IMG/VR virus record: IMGVR_UViG_3300045960_000077
Coordinates: 1-47,421 of that record
Length of the DNA: 47,421 nucleotides
Origin: a virus
Taxonomy: Duplodnaviria > Heunggongvirae > Uroviricota > Caudoviricetes
Direction: 5' to 3' (one strand)
The notes beneath the pieces are model-generated. The model had not been told where the DNA came from. It ran no database searches and saw only the letters and a list, made by a program, of their open reading frames with translations. Each line of letters begins with the position of its first letter. Positions within the stretch are counted from its first letter, which is position 1. Positions 8,376-19,088 of the stretch are shown here, one piece after another. A program made the position numbers and the translations under genes.

Positions 8376-10184
8376 TTAATAAGCTAAATATAGATCTGTT
8401 TTATTTACAGTATCTTTGTAATAATCGTTATAATTCGTTCCGTTATCTTTAAATGCATAACCTGTAAGAGTATTCACCAGCGTGTTGAGATTACGCACAA
8501 CGTAAATATCAGAAAGTAAGAGATCTACTTTTTCATTTATAGAAGCATCAAGCGTATTGTCGCGGAATCCTTCTTTAAAGACATCGTTCCCAAGATCTTC
8601 ATAGATAGATGGATCATATCTATAATAAATATAAAGATTTCCATATTGACTATATCTCTGATACAAATAAGCATAGAGCTCGTTCCTAATAAAATCTACG
8701 CCAATATTTTTAGTATTAGCGAATGCAATGACATCGTTTCTAATGCTTGTAATAATGTCTGATGGGACAATTGAATTCGTCAAATTATTTGTATTCAAGA
8801 TAATTGTTGGGTGTATCTGAACAACTGAAGCATTTGCAACAGTTGTTATTACACCAGCAGCTTTGAAATTATCAATTGACTCAGCAATGAGCGTCTTATC
8901 ATCATTCGTGATTAGATCACGATAATTCTTCAAGCAATAAATATCGATATATCCAGGGAAAGGATAAGTCATCACCTTGTAGACGTCCAAATTTGGACGG
9001 CCATCACCTGATTTATACATATTTATTCTTATAAAATATGCTGTATAGTCTAATATCTGATACTTACCCCATTTTGTCGTATCAATTTGCCAAGCCAAAT
9101 ATTGTTCGGCCTGTATAGGATAGTCGATAGAAAGATCTATGTTTCTAACTTCAGCCTGAGCCCATGTTTGAGTTGTAGCGTCCCAATATTCTATTCCGCC
9201 TGCAACATTTGGATGGAGAGGATCTCCTACAGCCACAATCAAATAACTTCCAGCATCTCCCTCGGAAGGGACAGACTGAGTTGAAATAAGAAGATTGCTG
9301 AACTTATCTTCTGACCCAATGTATAGATAGAAAGCATCAGTACCCAGCGCATCACTGTCGGTAAACAATGAATAAGCAGGATAGAATTTGTTTTTGAGCG
9401 TTAGATCAACATCATAATTTCCTGTTCCGACGGACGCCGATCTCTGCTTTACAATATCTAAGAATCTGTATCCGCTAATTGAATACATGAGGCCCGTAAA
9501 AGCAGCATTAGATGCTAATGCATATTCAAGAGATTCTTTTGTTCCTCTACGGAGAGAAACAAGATATTTCTGAAACCTCAATTTCATATTGTCATCGGTT
9601 TCAGCATCAGTACCGCCAGAAGCCGATGAATTTCTTATCCAATAAGCATAGTTATTGATATTTGTGATTGTAGAAGCAAATTTCGTTATTGTATTTGTAG
9701 CAACATTTCCGTCTGTTCCCGAATTAGAACAAATAGCCTGAACAGAATATTGAATTTTGCCGTAGAATTCTCCTGAGGTAGACACAACCATGCCATCAGT
9801 CGAATAGTCATCTGCAATTTCGAATATCACAGATCCATCATCCGTAGAAACTTTAGTTCCTCTAGGAATAGAAAAGAAGTCAGAACCAAGAGCCGATATG
9901 CTTGGTGCATTTATGTATATGTTCAATGATACCAAAGCTTTTTTGCCTGGCATCTTAAAGAAATTAAATCCATTGTAGATATTTTCTAGTGAATCCCTTG
10001 TCACCTGAAAGAGATCAAAATAATAATTCTCTAAGACATCAGCAAAGGCTTCTACAAGGACGTTTAAGACGCTACCGACGTTATAATCGGTGACATTTGG
10101 ACCACCATTCTCTTCTATCGCTGATCTTAAAAAATTAATAAAATCAGATTTAATTGTATCAGCTGTCTTTATTTGTATTGTCAT
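8376..10184 (-). CDS. Baseplate J-like wedge protein
   Basis: TDYNVGSVLNVLVEA, A...GTDGNV..NTIT, GGTDAETDDNMKLRFQKYLVSLRRGTKESLEYA and FKAAGV motifs. Confidence 0.9.
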   Translation of the reverse strand: MTIQIKTADTIKSDFINFLRSAIEENGGPNVTDYNVGSVLNVLVEAFADVLENYYFDLFQVTRDSLENIYNGFNFFKMPGKKALVSLNIYINAPSISALGSDFFSIPRGTKVSTDDGSVIFEIADDYSTDGMVVSTSGEFYGKIQYSVQAICSNSGTDGNVATNTITKFASTITNINNYAYWIRNSSASGGTDAETDDNMKLRFQKYLVSLRRGTKESLEYALASNAAFTGLMYSISGYRFLDIVKQRSASVGTGNYDVDLTLKNKFYPAYSLFTDSDALGTDAFYLYIGSEDKFSNLLISTQSVPSEGDAGSYLIVAVGDPLHPNVAGGIEYWDATTQTWAQAEVRNIDLSIDYPIQAEQYLAWQIDTTKWGKYQILDYTAYFIRINMYKSGDGRPNLDVYKVMTYPFPGYIDIYCLKNYRDLITNDDKTLIAESIDNFKAAGVITTVANASVVQIHPTIILNTNNLTNSIVPSDIITSIRNDVIAFANTKNIGVDFIRNELYAYLYQRYSQYGNLYIYYRYDPSIYEDLGNDVFKEGFRDNTLDASINEKVDLLLSDIYVVRNLNTLVNTLTGYAFKDNGTNYNDYYKDTVNKTDLYLAY

Positions 10185-10193
10185 CGCGTCCTC

Positions 10194-12887
10194 TTATAAC
10201 GTAGTCTTAATTAGTACATCATCATTATTAACAAGAATAATAGAAGCCTGTGATCGTATTGAATCTCCCACATCCTCTAGTTGAATGTCGCTTGCAGATC
10301 GTACTCTCACATCCGACATAAGCTGACTAAAGAGATTATAGCGAAGAAGAATGAGGTTTTCTAATGTGTTCTTCTTACCAAGCAATACAGGAAGTCCATA
10401 ATCTAGATGGAGAATTAAGCCGCCTTGAGGGCATTCTAATCTATTTCTTATTGCTTGTTTAACATTATCTAAGCCGCTTATGAGCTTAAAATCAAGATAA
10501 CCCTGGCCAACTCCTAAGTCTGGTCTAGGCAGAATAGACACATGTATATCATCGAAATACTGGAAGCGAACGTCTAAATCGACTTTGTATGTGTCCTCTT
10601 TTGTGAATGCTTCAGCAAATGGCAAGAAATTGTTTTCCAAAGAAGGAAGCATTATTTCTTGTCCATCAACTAATATTCGATACTTACTAAATGCTGCGAC
10701 TACATATTTGCTGTCTGTAATTGACCCTGTGCCTGTGAAGTTTGTCAAAATAACATAATTATTATTTTCATCGTCTCCCGACAAGAAGACCTTATCATCA
10801 TGTGTAAATGGAAAATCGCCATGTTGTATAAATGGACCTACATTTTCTCTATAGATCTCTTCAATTGTCAGCACTTCAGTGTCAAATAATGGAACATCAG
10901 CAGATGAGTTGTCTTCAAAATACGTCGTCTGTCCATAATAAGCCACAAGATCACTTGTAAGTGTGTATGGACTCAATATTTCGAATAGCGAATTATTGTC
11001 AATGTCATACGATCGACCTTTTTCGAGAGCACAAATAACATAACTATCAGCTTTAAATAGCCCGCAAGAAGAAGCATTCGTTATTCCAAATATAGCGTAG
11101 CATCTATTTGAATATGTTTCTTTGAATAGAAGAACAAAGAATTTAGTGCCTGTCTTGATTTGATCTAATACTTCTTGTTCTTGTAGTAAGAAAGTGAGAG
11201 GATCATCAACGACAGAAACATCATAAAGCGGAAGATTTGGACCTGGAGCAGCGTTCGTATCAACATTATAGATGTATCTTAGAAATTCACCTTGAGTTGT
11301 AAAAATCTTATAGCCATAAGACCCGAAATATGCTTCAAAATTAGGATTGTCTGATGTTACAACATATGGATATTCAATTCCGTTTAAATATGCGACTTCT
11401 GAAATATAAGTCTTAGACGCATTTGCCTCGTTTGGTACATATCTTTTTACAATAGAATCAATCGTATCGCCTTTTTGTATTAAAATTCTCTTTATACTCT
11501 TATATTTTGGCTGTACGATCGATTCAAAGGTCGTATAGTTATATTCGATAATAAAATCATATAAATATCCAGAATTATTGTAGTTTGTTGAAAGTACAAT
11601 ATTTGAGTCATTAAATGATTCAACAAAATCATTTTCTTTTCCAAAATCATTCGACGCATAAATTTTAACACTTGAAATCCCTAATGCAGAGGGGAGTGAA
11701 CTGAAAAATATATTGATCTTTGTCTTTCCGTCTGATGTAACTTCTTGAACTCGATCAACAGGAAACGGAAATGGAATGCGATTTAATTGACGTATATCTT
11801 TTTGAAATTGTGCAACTGTAGCTTTGTTCGCAGCTAATGTAACAGGAGCAGAAACAGAAGCTAATCTAGTCAAGTTTACATTGAATTGCAAATTTTGCTG
11901 CTCACCGACCATTGCTGTTGTAAGAAGGTCTACTTGAGCTGCAATATTTTTAACTCTGACATATGGCTCATAAAATGCAGTCTGCAAATCAGAAAATGAC
12001 TTGACATTATTCACGAAACTTCTTATATTAACTAAGCCCGATGTGACGCCGTTAAGCGCATCTGTCATTCGCTCTAATCTACGAATATCATTAATGACAG
12101 AGTTTGCTGAGTTTATAAATGCATTACTTATTTCTACAGTATCATTAATCGTATTCACTGCTAAATCGTAACTATCAAGAAGCACTTTTGCGCCAGGATA
12201 AGAATTAACTAAGCTGTCTATTGACCTTGGCAGGAATGTTGACATATTTGAAATTGTCGTAGTTATATCTTCAACACCTAATAGATTGAAAAGTGATTTC
12301 GGCCGTTTTAATGGATCACCAGATGATTCTTGAACTACTATGAAATCTAATTTATATTTGTAAAGATGAGGTTGCTCTCTATTTCGCATAAATGAATCAT
12401 TTTGAAGTAAAACATCATACGTAATTCCTTGATCGGGAATCGTAATCTTTACAGCTTCAATATTATCTATATTATCAATTGTAAAAAAATTTTTCACTTC
12501 TTTTTGATATTGTGAAAGAAATTTATTCTCACCTTTAATCAACTGGACTAATGAATATAAATCAAGCCAAAGTGATTTACCAGGCGCTGAATCTGCAGGG
12601 GCAGCGGCGGATGCGAGATCAGATCTTGGTCCACCTTGAATTCCATACTTCTTTGGATCTAGCTTATATCCTGTATGACCCTCAATTGAAAGAGTTTTTA
12701 ATCCAGCACCAAGATTCTGAAATACTTTTGCTGCATAAGTAAATGTAGCACTAACACGGCTAGCTTGATTTATAGTCAATGATGCAGGATTCAATGGAAA
12801 TAAATAAGTAATAGTTTGTTTTGTTCGCCTTAGCGCGACAGAAAAAACTATAAGATTCTTGGCTTGTGGGTTAAATCGTGTAGACAT
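10194..12887 (-). CDS. Fused tail-tube initiator (gpU-like) / LysM (gpX-like) / gp25-like baseplate protein
   Basis: N: FPLNPASLTINQ...LSIEG...F.R.REQPHLYKYKLDF. Middle: IQKGDTIDSIVKRY...VAYLNGIEYP. C: DFKLISGLDNVKQAIRNRL...G.L..HLDYG...DVRV. Confidence 0.7.
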   Translation of the reverse strand: MSTRFNPQAKNLIVFSVALRRTKQTITYLFPLNPASLTINQASRVSATFTYAAKVFQNLGAGLKTLSIEGHTGYKLDPKKYGIQGGPRSDLASAAAPADSAPGKSLWLDLYSLVQLIKGENKFLSQYQKEVKNFFTIDNIDNIEAVKITIPDQGITYDVLLQNDSFMRNREQPHLYKYKLDFIVVQESSGDPLKRPKSLFNLLGVEDITTTISNMSTFLPRSIDSLVNSYPGAKVLLDSYDLAVNTINDTVEISNAFINSANSVINDIRRLERMTDALNGVTSGLVNIRSFVNNVKSFSDLQTAFYEPYVRVKNIAAQVDLLTTAMVGEQQNLQFNVNLTRLASVSAPVTLAANKATVAQFQKDIRQLNRIPFPFPVDRVQEVTSDGKTKINIFFSSLPSALGISSVKIYASNDFGKENDFVESFNDSNIVLSTNYNNSGYLYDFIIEYNYTTFESIVQPKYKSIKRILIQKGDTIDSIVKRYVPNEANASKTYISEVAYLNGIEYPYVVTSDNPNFEAYFGSYGYKIFTTQGEFLRYIYNVDTNAAPGPNLPLYDVSVVDDPLTFLLQEQEVLDQIKTGTKFFVLLFKETYSNRCYAIFGITNASSCGLFKADSYVICALEKGRSYDIDNNSLFEILSPYTLTSDLVAYYGQTTYFEDNSSADVPLFDTEVLTIEEIYRENVGPFIQHGDFPFTHDDKVFLSGDDENNNYVILTNFTGTGSITDSKYVVAAFSKYRILVDGQEIMLPSLENNFLPFAEAFTKEDTYKVDLDVRFQYFDDIHVSILPRPDLGVGQGYLDFKLISGLDNVKQAIRNRLECPQGGLILHLDYGLPVLLGKKNTLENLILLRYNLFSQLMSDVRVRSASDIQLEDVGDSIRSQASIILVNNDDVLIKTTL

Positions 12888-13231
12888 TAACTACATCCTA
12901 ATGAACTAATTTTAGCTGCAATTTCTATCTGAAGCGCTGCTAAACTTGCAGCGTATTCAGCGGTTTTAATTTGATATTCTGTATATGGTCCTGCTATATA
13001 TGCGGCTAGATCTTTAAGAGCAGAAGCAACATCACCAACATTAGACAAGCTAAGATCTTTTATCTCATATATTGGTTGAAGCAACATCATCTGTGCATTA
13101 AGATCTGCGATCATTTGACTCATAGTAGCATTTATTTCAGCATTTGCAATTGATAAGTCTGCACAAGTTTGACAACTTGCAATTCTGTCAGACATCGCTT
13201 CAGTTAGCGTTTTTTGAGGGAGAGCTGGCAT
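12887..13231 (-). CDS. Small helical protein downstream of the spike
   Basis: 114 aa, TAATG-coupled; Cys residues at both ends. Confidence 0.5.
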   Translation of the reverse strand: MPALPQKTLTEAMSDRIASCQTCADLSIANAEINATMSQMIADLNAQMMLLQPIYEIKDLSLSNVGDVASALKDLAAYIAGPYTEYQIKTAEYAASLAALQIEIAAKISSLGCS

Positions 13232-13240
13232 ATAGTTTCC

Positions 13241-13999
13241 TTAAACAGGCGTTATACTCGTCACTATTCCGTTGGTTACAATTACGACTTTGCCATCTGG
13301 AGTTGAAAATGTTCCTGTCGCGCCCGTGCTTATATTGACTTGGCCATCGACATTCATAATCGGTGTAGTAATGTCTATTCGAGTAGGCGTATTTATAATA
13401 AGATTACCGTTATTGTCTATTGTTATTTCTTGACCTGCGTGCCATTTAATGAATAAATTAGTCTCTTTTCGTGCATTATAGTCTGAAGCTTTTCTTACGT
13501 AAAAATTATCAACCGTAGTTGGGATTATTGCATCGTTCGACATCTCATTTTCATTATCTGAACCTATTTTTATCATACTTCCACTAGGATGATAAACCTG
13601 AACTGTTCCATCGCCTCTAATCATCCACATGACATCTGATTCATGTCTAAAAATATATAATCCATAATCAGGAATAGATAGAGCATTTTCTTTTGGAAAT
13701 AAGAAACCCAATATAACTGGTTGCTGATAATCTTCCACAAATGTTGCAATGCAATAAATATTCGCAGGCGTCATACAATAATTAGTGTCGGGAGCGGGAT
13801 CGTAGGACGGAACATATCTCTCGCCGAATGAAAAACCCGCAGGCATTGAACAACATATCATACATCCGTCAAGAGAAATATTGTCATCAATTGTTACAAT
13901 ATCTGCCGTATTTGTGCTTGCATAAAATTTCACTACTTTTGCAAAATAAATAGTTTGATCAGGGTTGCTTGCAGAATTATCTATAAGGAGATTACCCAT
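13241..13999 (-). CDS. Baseplate central spike (gpV-like)
   Basis: OB-fold-like N-terminus, beta-helix-type repeats, C-terminus GATGTFSTPDGKVVIVTNGIVTSI. Confidence 0.75.
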   Translation of the reverse strand: MGNLLIDNSASNPDQTIYFAKVVKFYASTNTADIVTIDDNISLDGCMICCSMPAGFSFGERYVPSYDPAPDTNYCMTPANIYCIATFVEDYQQPVILGFLFPKENALSIPDYGLYIFRHESDVMWMIRGDGTVQVYHPSGSMIKIGSDNENEMSNDAIIPTTVDNFYVRKASDYNARKETNLFIKWHAGQEITIDNNGNLIINTPTRIDITTPIMNVDGQVNISTGATGTFSTPDGKVVIVTNGIVTSITPV

Positions 14000-16154
14000 G
14001 TTTATTTACCACTAATCCCGAATCTTCTAAGGCTGTTCGATTAATCGTAAAAGCTGATTTCATCGAAGCACTATTAAAGTCTATAGTGTGAGATATCGCC
14101 GTAACATATCCCTTAAATTTTGGTGAATTAAATGTTTCATTATTAGGATATTCTGATTTAACTATCATTCCCGGCAATATAGAAAGATTTATTGGCATGG
14201 TTAATTGGCAATCATAAAGATGTTCGTTTTCTCGATATGCTTTGGAAATAATTCCATTTAATTTTGCAGCAAAGTCCCCTATTTTCCCCGAACCAACTTT
14301 TTTAACATTTTGTATGAATGAAACAAGATCTTGAGTTTTCATCTTTTTGATATCTTCTTCAGTAAATCCTAGACGATATATAGACGACCTGAAATCATCA
14401 TTATTAAAAGCATTTTCATAAAAAAGACCTATTTTTTTTATTTTTGGCGCTTGATTTTTAGGATTTTTACCGTTTTTACTTACTGGCGGAGTATCTATGA
14501 GTTGCTGATTCTTTTCTAAAGCAGCACTGATAAATTTCGTAAGGCTGTCGTCTAATTTATTTTCTTCTATTATTTTATCTAGTAATGATCGATCAATAAA
14601 ATTTAGAACATGATATACAGTTGAATCATAAACGGTCAAACAATTCCACTTAATCTCAAACTCTCTAAATCCGAAATAATTCATATCTCCAGAAACATAT
14701 TTATCAGAATACATATCTCTATAATTCCAAAAGAATACAGGATTAGGCTGCTTGTTTTTAACATATTGTTCAGCAATATAATTAGCAAACTGATCTGAGC
14801 CTCCTCCAATTTCTTTAAGCTTTTGCTGTAATAAGCCGTATACTAACGATCTTCCTGATGATTGTAGAACGGCTGTGTCGGTTGTGGGCACTGTCCAGAC
14901 AACATTTACAACATTTTGTGCCGATCTAGTCATGTTCATAGTTTCAATAAATCGTATATCCATTGGGATTTCATTAAAATATGCTGCTATTAATTCATCA
15001 TTTTCTTTATTGTCTGGCAACAGCGAATCTACATCTAATTTTTTAGATTGTTTAAGCGTATCATTTAATAATTTTGTAATACTTTTTAAATGCTCTCTTA
15101 TTTGATTAGAAACTGATAAACCAGTTTCACTACTCATTTTTCTTATCCGTAAATGACCAAAATCCTCTTCATCTATAACTTTGTATGTATCAACCCCAGA
15201 TATTGAGCCTTCTAGGAGAATCTGTCGTGAACTATAAAGATCTTCACCCGCGTCTTCTGCTAATCCTACTTTCGGTCCATATTTCAACGACACTGGATCA
15301 ACGCGAGGACGCGAAAAAGACATCAATGGAGTCAGTCTGATTTGCAATATCACTGATTTTTCTGTTTCGTGTGTCGTAAATTCAAAAATTGGCTCTGGAT
15401 AAATATATTTAAACAGATCGAGAGCTACACCCTGAAGTTGTTTATATATAATTAGTGACGATACCTGACTTTTAAACATCGATTCTATTTTAACTGATTT
15501 ATTATTAATTAAATCGAATCCGAAAGGCATGAATATCTTGAATTCTTTAAATATAGATTCATTTCCTGATTTTTTAGATTCACCAGGTTTATCATACACA
15601 ATACTATATAAAAATTTAAAGAAAAAGAATGCAAAAAATATGAAACCTATTTGATTTATTGAATAAAAATTATTGAGTATCTTATTCTGGGGGTCATTAA
15701 ATACTTCGGCTAAATTTATCAATCGAAATTCAGGAACAGCTTCTTGCAAAATCTGAACAAATGTGAGATTCTTTGTGTAAAATGTTGTCTTGAATAAATT
15801 CGCAAAATCAACAATAGTAATAGATACTTGCGCCGAGGGAGTTGTTCCGTATACGACATTCTTATTGACAGTCTGTATGAATCCTGAAAAATAAAAGTCA
15901 GTTATTGTATTTTCAATATCATAATTTTTTAACGTCAATTTAATTTTTACATAATTATAAAGTTTCAATTGCTCTTCAAGCCCTAATAATACATATGACC
16001 GATCTTTGGCAAAAGAGATTGTGGCAGAATTATCTAATGAAGTATTTTTTCGTACTTGAATTCCTCTAACGAGATTAGAGTCGTCTTTTATCTTCATTGA
16101 CAATCTTGTTCTAATGTCAAAAATTTCTATTGAAAAATTTAATATCTGTTGCAT
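13992..16154 (-). CDS. Baseplate hub (gp27/gpD-like)
   Basis: Between tape measure and spike; FYFSGFIQTV N-motif; C-terminal LSILPGMIV...GYVTAISHTIDF. Confidence 0.7.
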   Translation of the reverse strand: MQQILNFSIEIFDIRTRLSMKIKDDSNLVRGIQVRKNTSLDNSATISFAKDRSYVLLGLEEQLKLYNYVKIKLTLKNYDIENTITDFYFSGFIQTVNKNVVYGTTPSAQVSITIVDFANLFKTTFYTKNLTFVQILQEAVPEFRLINLAEVFNDPQNKILNNFYSINQIGFIFFAFFFFKFLYSIVYDKPGESKKSGNESIFKEFKIFMPFGFDLINNKSVKIESMFKSQVSSLIIYKQLQGVALDLFKYIYPEPIFEFTTHETEKSVILQIRLTPLMSFSRPRVDPVSLKYGPKVGLAEDAGEDLYSSRQILLEGSISGVDTYKVIDEEDFGHLRIRKMSSETGLSVSNQIREHLKSITKLLNDTLKQSKKLDVDSLLPDNKENDELIAAYFNEIPMDIRFIETMNMTRSAQNVVNVVWTVPTTDTAVLQSSGRSLVYGLLQQKLKEIGGGSDQFANYIAEQYVKNKQPNPVFFWNYRDMYSDKYVSGDMNYFGFREFEIKWNCLTVYDSTVYHVLNFIDRSLLDKIIEENKLDDSLTKFISAALEKNQQLIDTPPVSKNGKNPKNQAPKIKKIGLFYENAFNNDDFRSSIYRLGFTEEDIKKMKTQDLVSFIQNVKKVGSGKIGDFAAKLNGIISKAYRENEHLYDCQLTMPINLSILPGMIVKSEYPNNETFNSPKFKGYVTAISHTIDFNSASMKSAFTINRTALEDSGLVVNKHG

Positions 16155-17902
16155 TATTGTTGTCCTTCGAATCCTCCCAGCGGATTAGGGTTTCGACGAC
16201 CAGCAGTTCCTGGCTTTCTTGGCGTGATATGCAATTTTTCTCGTACACCAGCCATATATGCTTCAATTACATCTGTCAAAGCTTTAAGTTGTGGTATTAG
16301 AAGATCTTTTGTAATACCAGCTGACTCAGTTGTTGCTCTTGAAACTGACATAAGTTGATCACTAGCAATTGACATCATCTTTGCGTATTGAGTATCCATA
16401 CTACTTTGAAGATCTTTTTCATTAGCAACTTGACCTGGTTGAGCTCTAGCCAAAGCCTGCTGCAGAGCCAATCTATTTCTAGCATTTTTATCTAAACCAG
16501 CTTGACCCTTCACAGTAGTAATAGGAGTAACGGCTCGTTCGCCTGCAGCTTGCTCTAAAAACTCTGTAGATGTCGCCATGGCTTCAGCAGATGCACCCTG
16601 AAATACATGAGTTCCCACTCCAAGTAATCCACCCATTTGTCCCATAGCACTAAACGTTCTAGCAGCATGAGACATCATCTTTTTCCATCTAGGATCGTTA
16701 GATCCCATAGTTTTTGCTTCTAAGAAATCCATATAAGATGAGCCAGGATTAGCTGCCTGAAATTGTTGAAATAAAATCATTTCAGTAGCATCATTACCAG
16801 AAGCAGCAGAAGCGACCGCTTGTCCTGTTTGCATCAATGCTTGAGCAGCTGCGGGAGCTCCCATCATTTGTGATAAAGATGTGTTTGTAGCAGAATTAAA
16901 AATACCATTTCCAGCCGACGCACCAAACATATACGATTGGCCTCTAATCATTTGTGCTGCCTGTGCTAGTTGAGGTACTTGAAATCCCGTGCGAAGTGAA
17001 GCCGCTGTCAATTCATTTTCACTAAATCCCGTACGATTACCTATTTGAAGTGCTATAGCCATTTGTACAGGATCAAATCCAAAAATGCCCTGTTCGGTAA
17101 GCATTTTAGCTCTATTCATATTAAATCTATTGTAACCTCGAGCTCCCTGCGACATTATAGCTTGGGCCGCCGAAGCGCTCTCAGGAGCACTCATTCCCAT
17201 TTGTGCTAAAACTGCTGAAATTGCAGTGGCAGATCCTCCCGTACCTGCTCTCATCCCAGAAGCTGCATAATTACCTTTTTCTATTTGATAATTATATAAA
17301 TAATTTTCATTTATATCCATAGCAGCAGAGGGCATATATTCAAGAAAAGTCTGCCTAGTTGCTGCTCTTGCAACTCCTTCTCTATATTGACTTCCAAGCC
17401 ATGCGTTGCCGCCAGCGGCAGTTAGACCTCCTACAATCATGCCCGCAGTTTTAAGCCCTCCCAGCCCAGGAACAAGTCCTAATAGCCCTAAAATACCGGC
17501 GAAAGTACCTCCAATAGTATTGCCAAGACTTTGCTCTCTAGCTAAAGTTGTTTGTGCAACTCTTCCTTGAACGCCACTGAGCATTTGCATTGGAAGCTGT
17601 ATTGAATATTTCGCAAATTGATTCAATAAAGGACCGAGTATTGCTGTAGAAGAAGCTGCAACTTCTAATGCCTTAATATTTTTCTCTTGTGATTCTCTCG
17701 TCTTTGTTAGAGCATCAGCGACTCTGTCTAATGATTTTATTTGATCAGACGTCAGATCATTAATACTTTTTCCTGTAAGAGCGGGAGCTCCACCAGGACC
17801 TAAAATCGGACTTATTCCTCCAATTGCAGCTACAATTGCCTGTAAGTCAGCCTTTAATGAATAAACTGCGCCCACAACATCAGGAGGTGTTGGTGTTGCC
17901 AT
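16154..17902 (-). CDS. Tape measure protein
   Basis: Ala/Gly/Gln/Met-rich helical protein immediately after the chaperones. Confidence 0.8.
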   Translation of the reverse strand: MATPTPPDVVGAVYSLKADLQAIVAAIGGISPILGPGGAPALTGKSINDLTSDQIKSLDRVADALTKTRESQEKNIKALEVAASSTAILGPLLNQFAKYSIQLPMQMLSGVQGRVAQTTLAREQSLGNTIGGTFAGILGLLGLVPGLGGLKTAGMIVGGLTAAGGNAWLGSQYREGVARAATRQTFLEYMPSAAMDINENYLYNYQIEKGNYAASGMRAGTGGSATAISAVLAQMGMSAPESASAAQAIMSQGARGYNRFNMNRAKMLTEQGIFGFDPVQMAIALQIGNRTGFSENELTAASLRTGFQVPQLAQAAQMIRGQSYMFGASAGNGIFNSATNTSLSQMMGAPAAAQALMQTGQAVASAASGNDATEMILFQQFQAANPGSSYMDFLEAKTMGSNDPRWKKMMSHAARTFSAMGQMGGLLGVGTHVFQGASAEAMATSTEFLEQAAGERAVTPITTVKGQAGLDKNARNRLALQQALARAQPGQVANEKDLQSSMDTQYAKMMSIASDQLMSVSRATTESAGITKDLLIPQLKALTDVIEAYMAGVREKLHITPRKPGTAGRRNPNPLGGFEGQQ

Positions 17903-18332
17903 TTAAGTCTTCCCAATCTTCTTTTGGAGTCATTAGAGATTCTAAATCTATATCTTCGCCTCTTTCAAGGCGTTTTACTAATGCGTCATATTCTTCAGTA
18001 TTTTTATAGATGACACGCTTATCATCCGTATCTTCTTCATCCTGTCGATTTTCTTCCCATCGATTAAATTCCGATTGCAAGACGAGCTCATATACAATAT
18101 CTTCATCGGTAAGGTCTAAAAAACGAGGATCGTTAGGAGGGAGGTTATACTTAGACCTATAAAGTAGATAGGCTAAGTTATTTTTAATTTCTTTTTTAGC
18201 TTGATCACGTAACTTCTTAAACGCAAAATCTTCTATGTCATCATTGGGGTCAACATCCGGGTCTTTAAGAGACTCGGTCGCGAGCTCACGTCGAAGGAGA
18301 TTCTGCCGGAGCCTCGTTACGAAAAAAGGCAA
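17880..18332 (-). CDS. Tail assembly chaperone, downstream (GT-type) part, probably reached by frameshift
   Basis: YRSKYNLPPNDPRFLDLTDEDI motif; no ATG near the 5' end; only a TTG overlapping CC-TTT-TTT-C. Confidence 0.65.
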   Translation of the reverse strand: MPFFVTRLRQNLLRRELATESLKDPDVDPNDDIEDFAFKKLRDQAKKEIKNNLAYLLYRSKYNLPPNDPRFLDLTDEDIVYELVLQSEFNRWEENRQDEEDTDDKRVIYKNTEEYDALVKRLERGEDIDLESLMTPKEDWEDLNGNTNTS

Positions 18333-18615
18333 AATTCTGATAATCAGTCAACATCTGACGAAGAGTAGCCCAATCAGATGAATCAAGGTCTTCTAGTTTA
18401 AGATCAGCAGGCTTGTCGACAATGACAATATTTAGTGTTGCAGTAGCATAGGCCAAAACATCGGCTACTTCATCTAATGTAGTAAATCCAGCTTTTAAAG
18501 ATGCATATGCTTGGCCTATTGCTATCTGCTCACCAACTTTTGGAGTTTTAAATCTTAGCTTATATTCTTTTTCACCAATTTTGTAAGTAAAATATTGCGA
18601 AATCTTTTGTGCCAT
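18286..18615 (-). CDS. Tail assembly chaperone (G-type)
   Basis: Directly after the tube gene; GAGGTG RBS; ends NFAFFRNEAPAESPST. Confidence 0.75.
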   Translation of the reverse strand: MAQKISQYFTYKIGEKEYKLRFKTPKVGEQIAIGQAYASLKAGFTTLDEVADVLAYATATLNIVIVDKPADLKLEDLDSSDWATLRQMLTDYQNFAFFRNEAPAESPST

Positions 18616-18633
18616 TTTACACCTCTTTATTTA

Positions 18634-19071
18634 TTAAGCTGAAGCTTCGTAGAATCCAGCTGCGTCTCCACCAATAGCTTCTGTGGCCATCAATGTGCAA
18701 TCATGAGAAACAATAGTATGCTTTCTTACAGATACTGTTCCTCTTGCAAAGATACAGTTATTATATTGCCTGATAGTCTTTTGCGTAACCTTGTCAATAA
18801 CGACTACCGTAAACGGCTCAGTTGCCAAATATTTGTCGATACCCTCAGGAAAGACCCCGACGGAAAAGAGAGAATCTTTCTTAAGAGACATTGAAGACAC
18901 TCTTAACGAGATTGTATACATCTGAGGGACATATTCTACAACTCTTGGATCACCGATTCCTGAAGCAGGAGCTGGATCAAAAGATTCGTCGGCAGACATG
19001 TCCTGAAGCAAACCGACAGGTTTGTTCTTGATGACCACCATGATAGTATTGCCTGAATAAACTTTAGCCAT
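18634..19071 (-). CDS. Tail tube protein
   Basis: 145 aa after the sheath; KVYSGNTIMVVIKNKPVGLLQ...GIGD...EYVP; tube-fold pattern. Confidence 0.85.
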   Translation of the reverse strand: MAKVYSGNTIMVVIKNKPVGLLQDMSADESFDPAPASGIGDPRVVEYVPQMYTISLRVSSMSLKKDSLFSVGVFPEGIDKYLATEPFTVVVIDKVTQKTIRQYNNCIFARGTVSVRKHTIVSHDCTLMATEAIGGDAAGFYEASA

Positions 19072-19088
19072 TGTTATAGCTCCTTATA

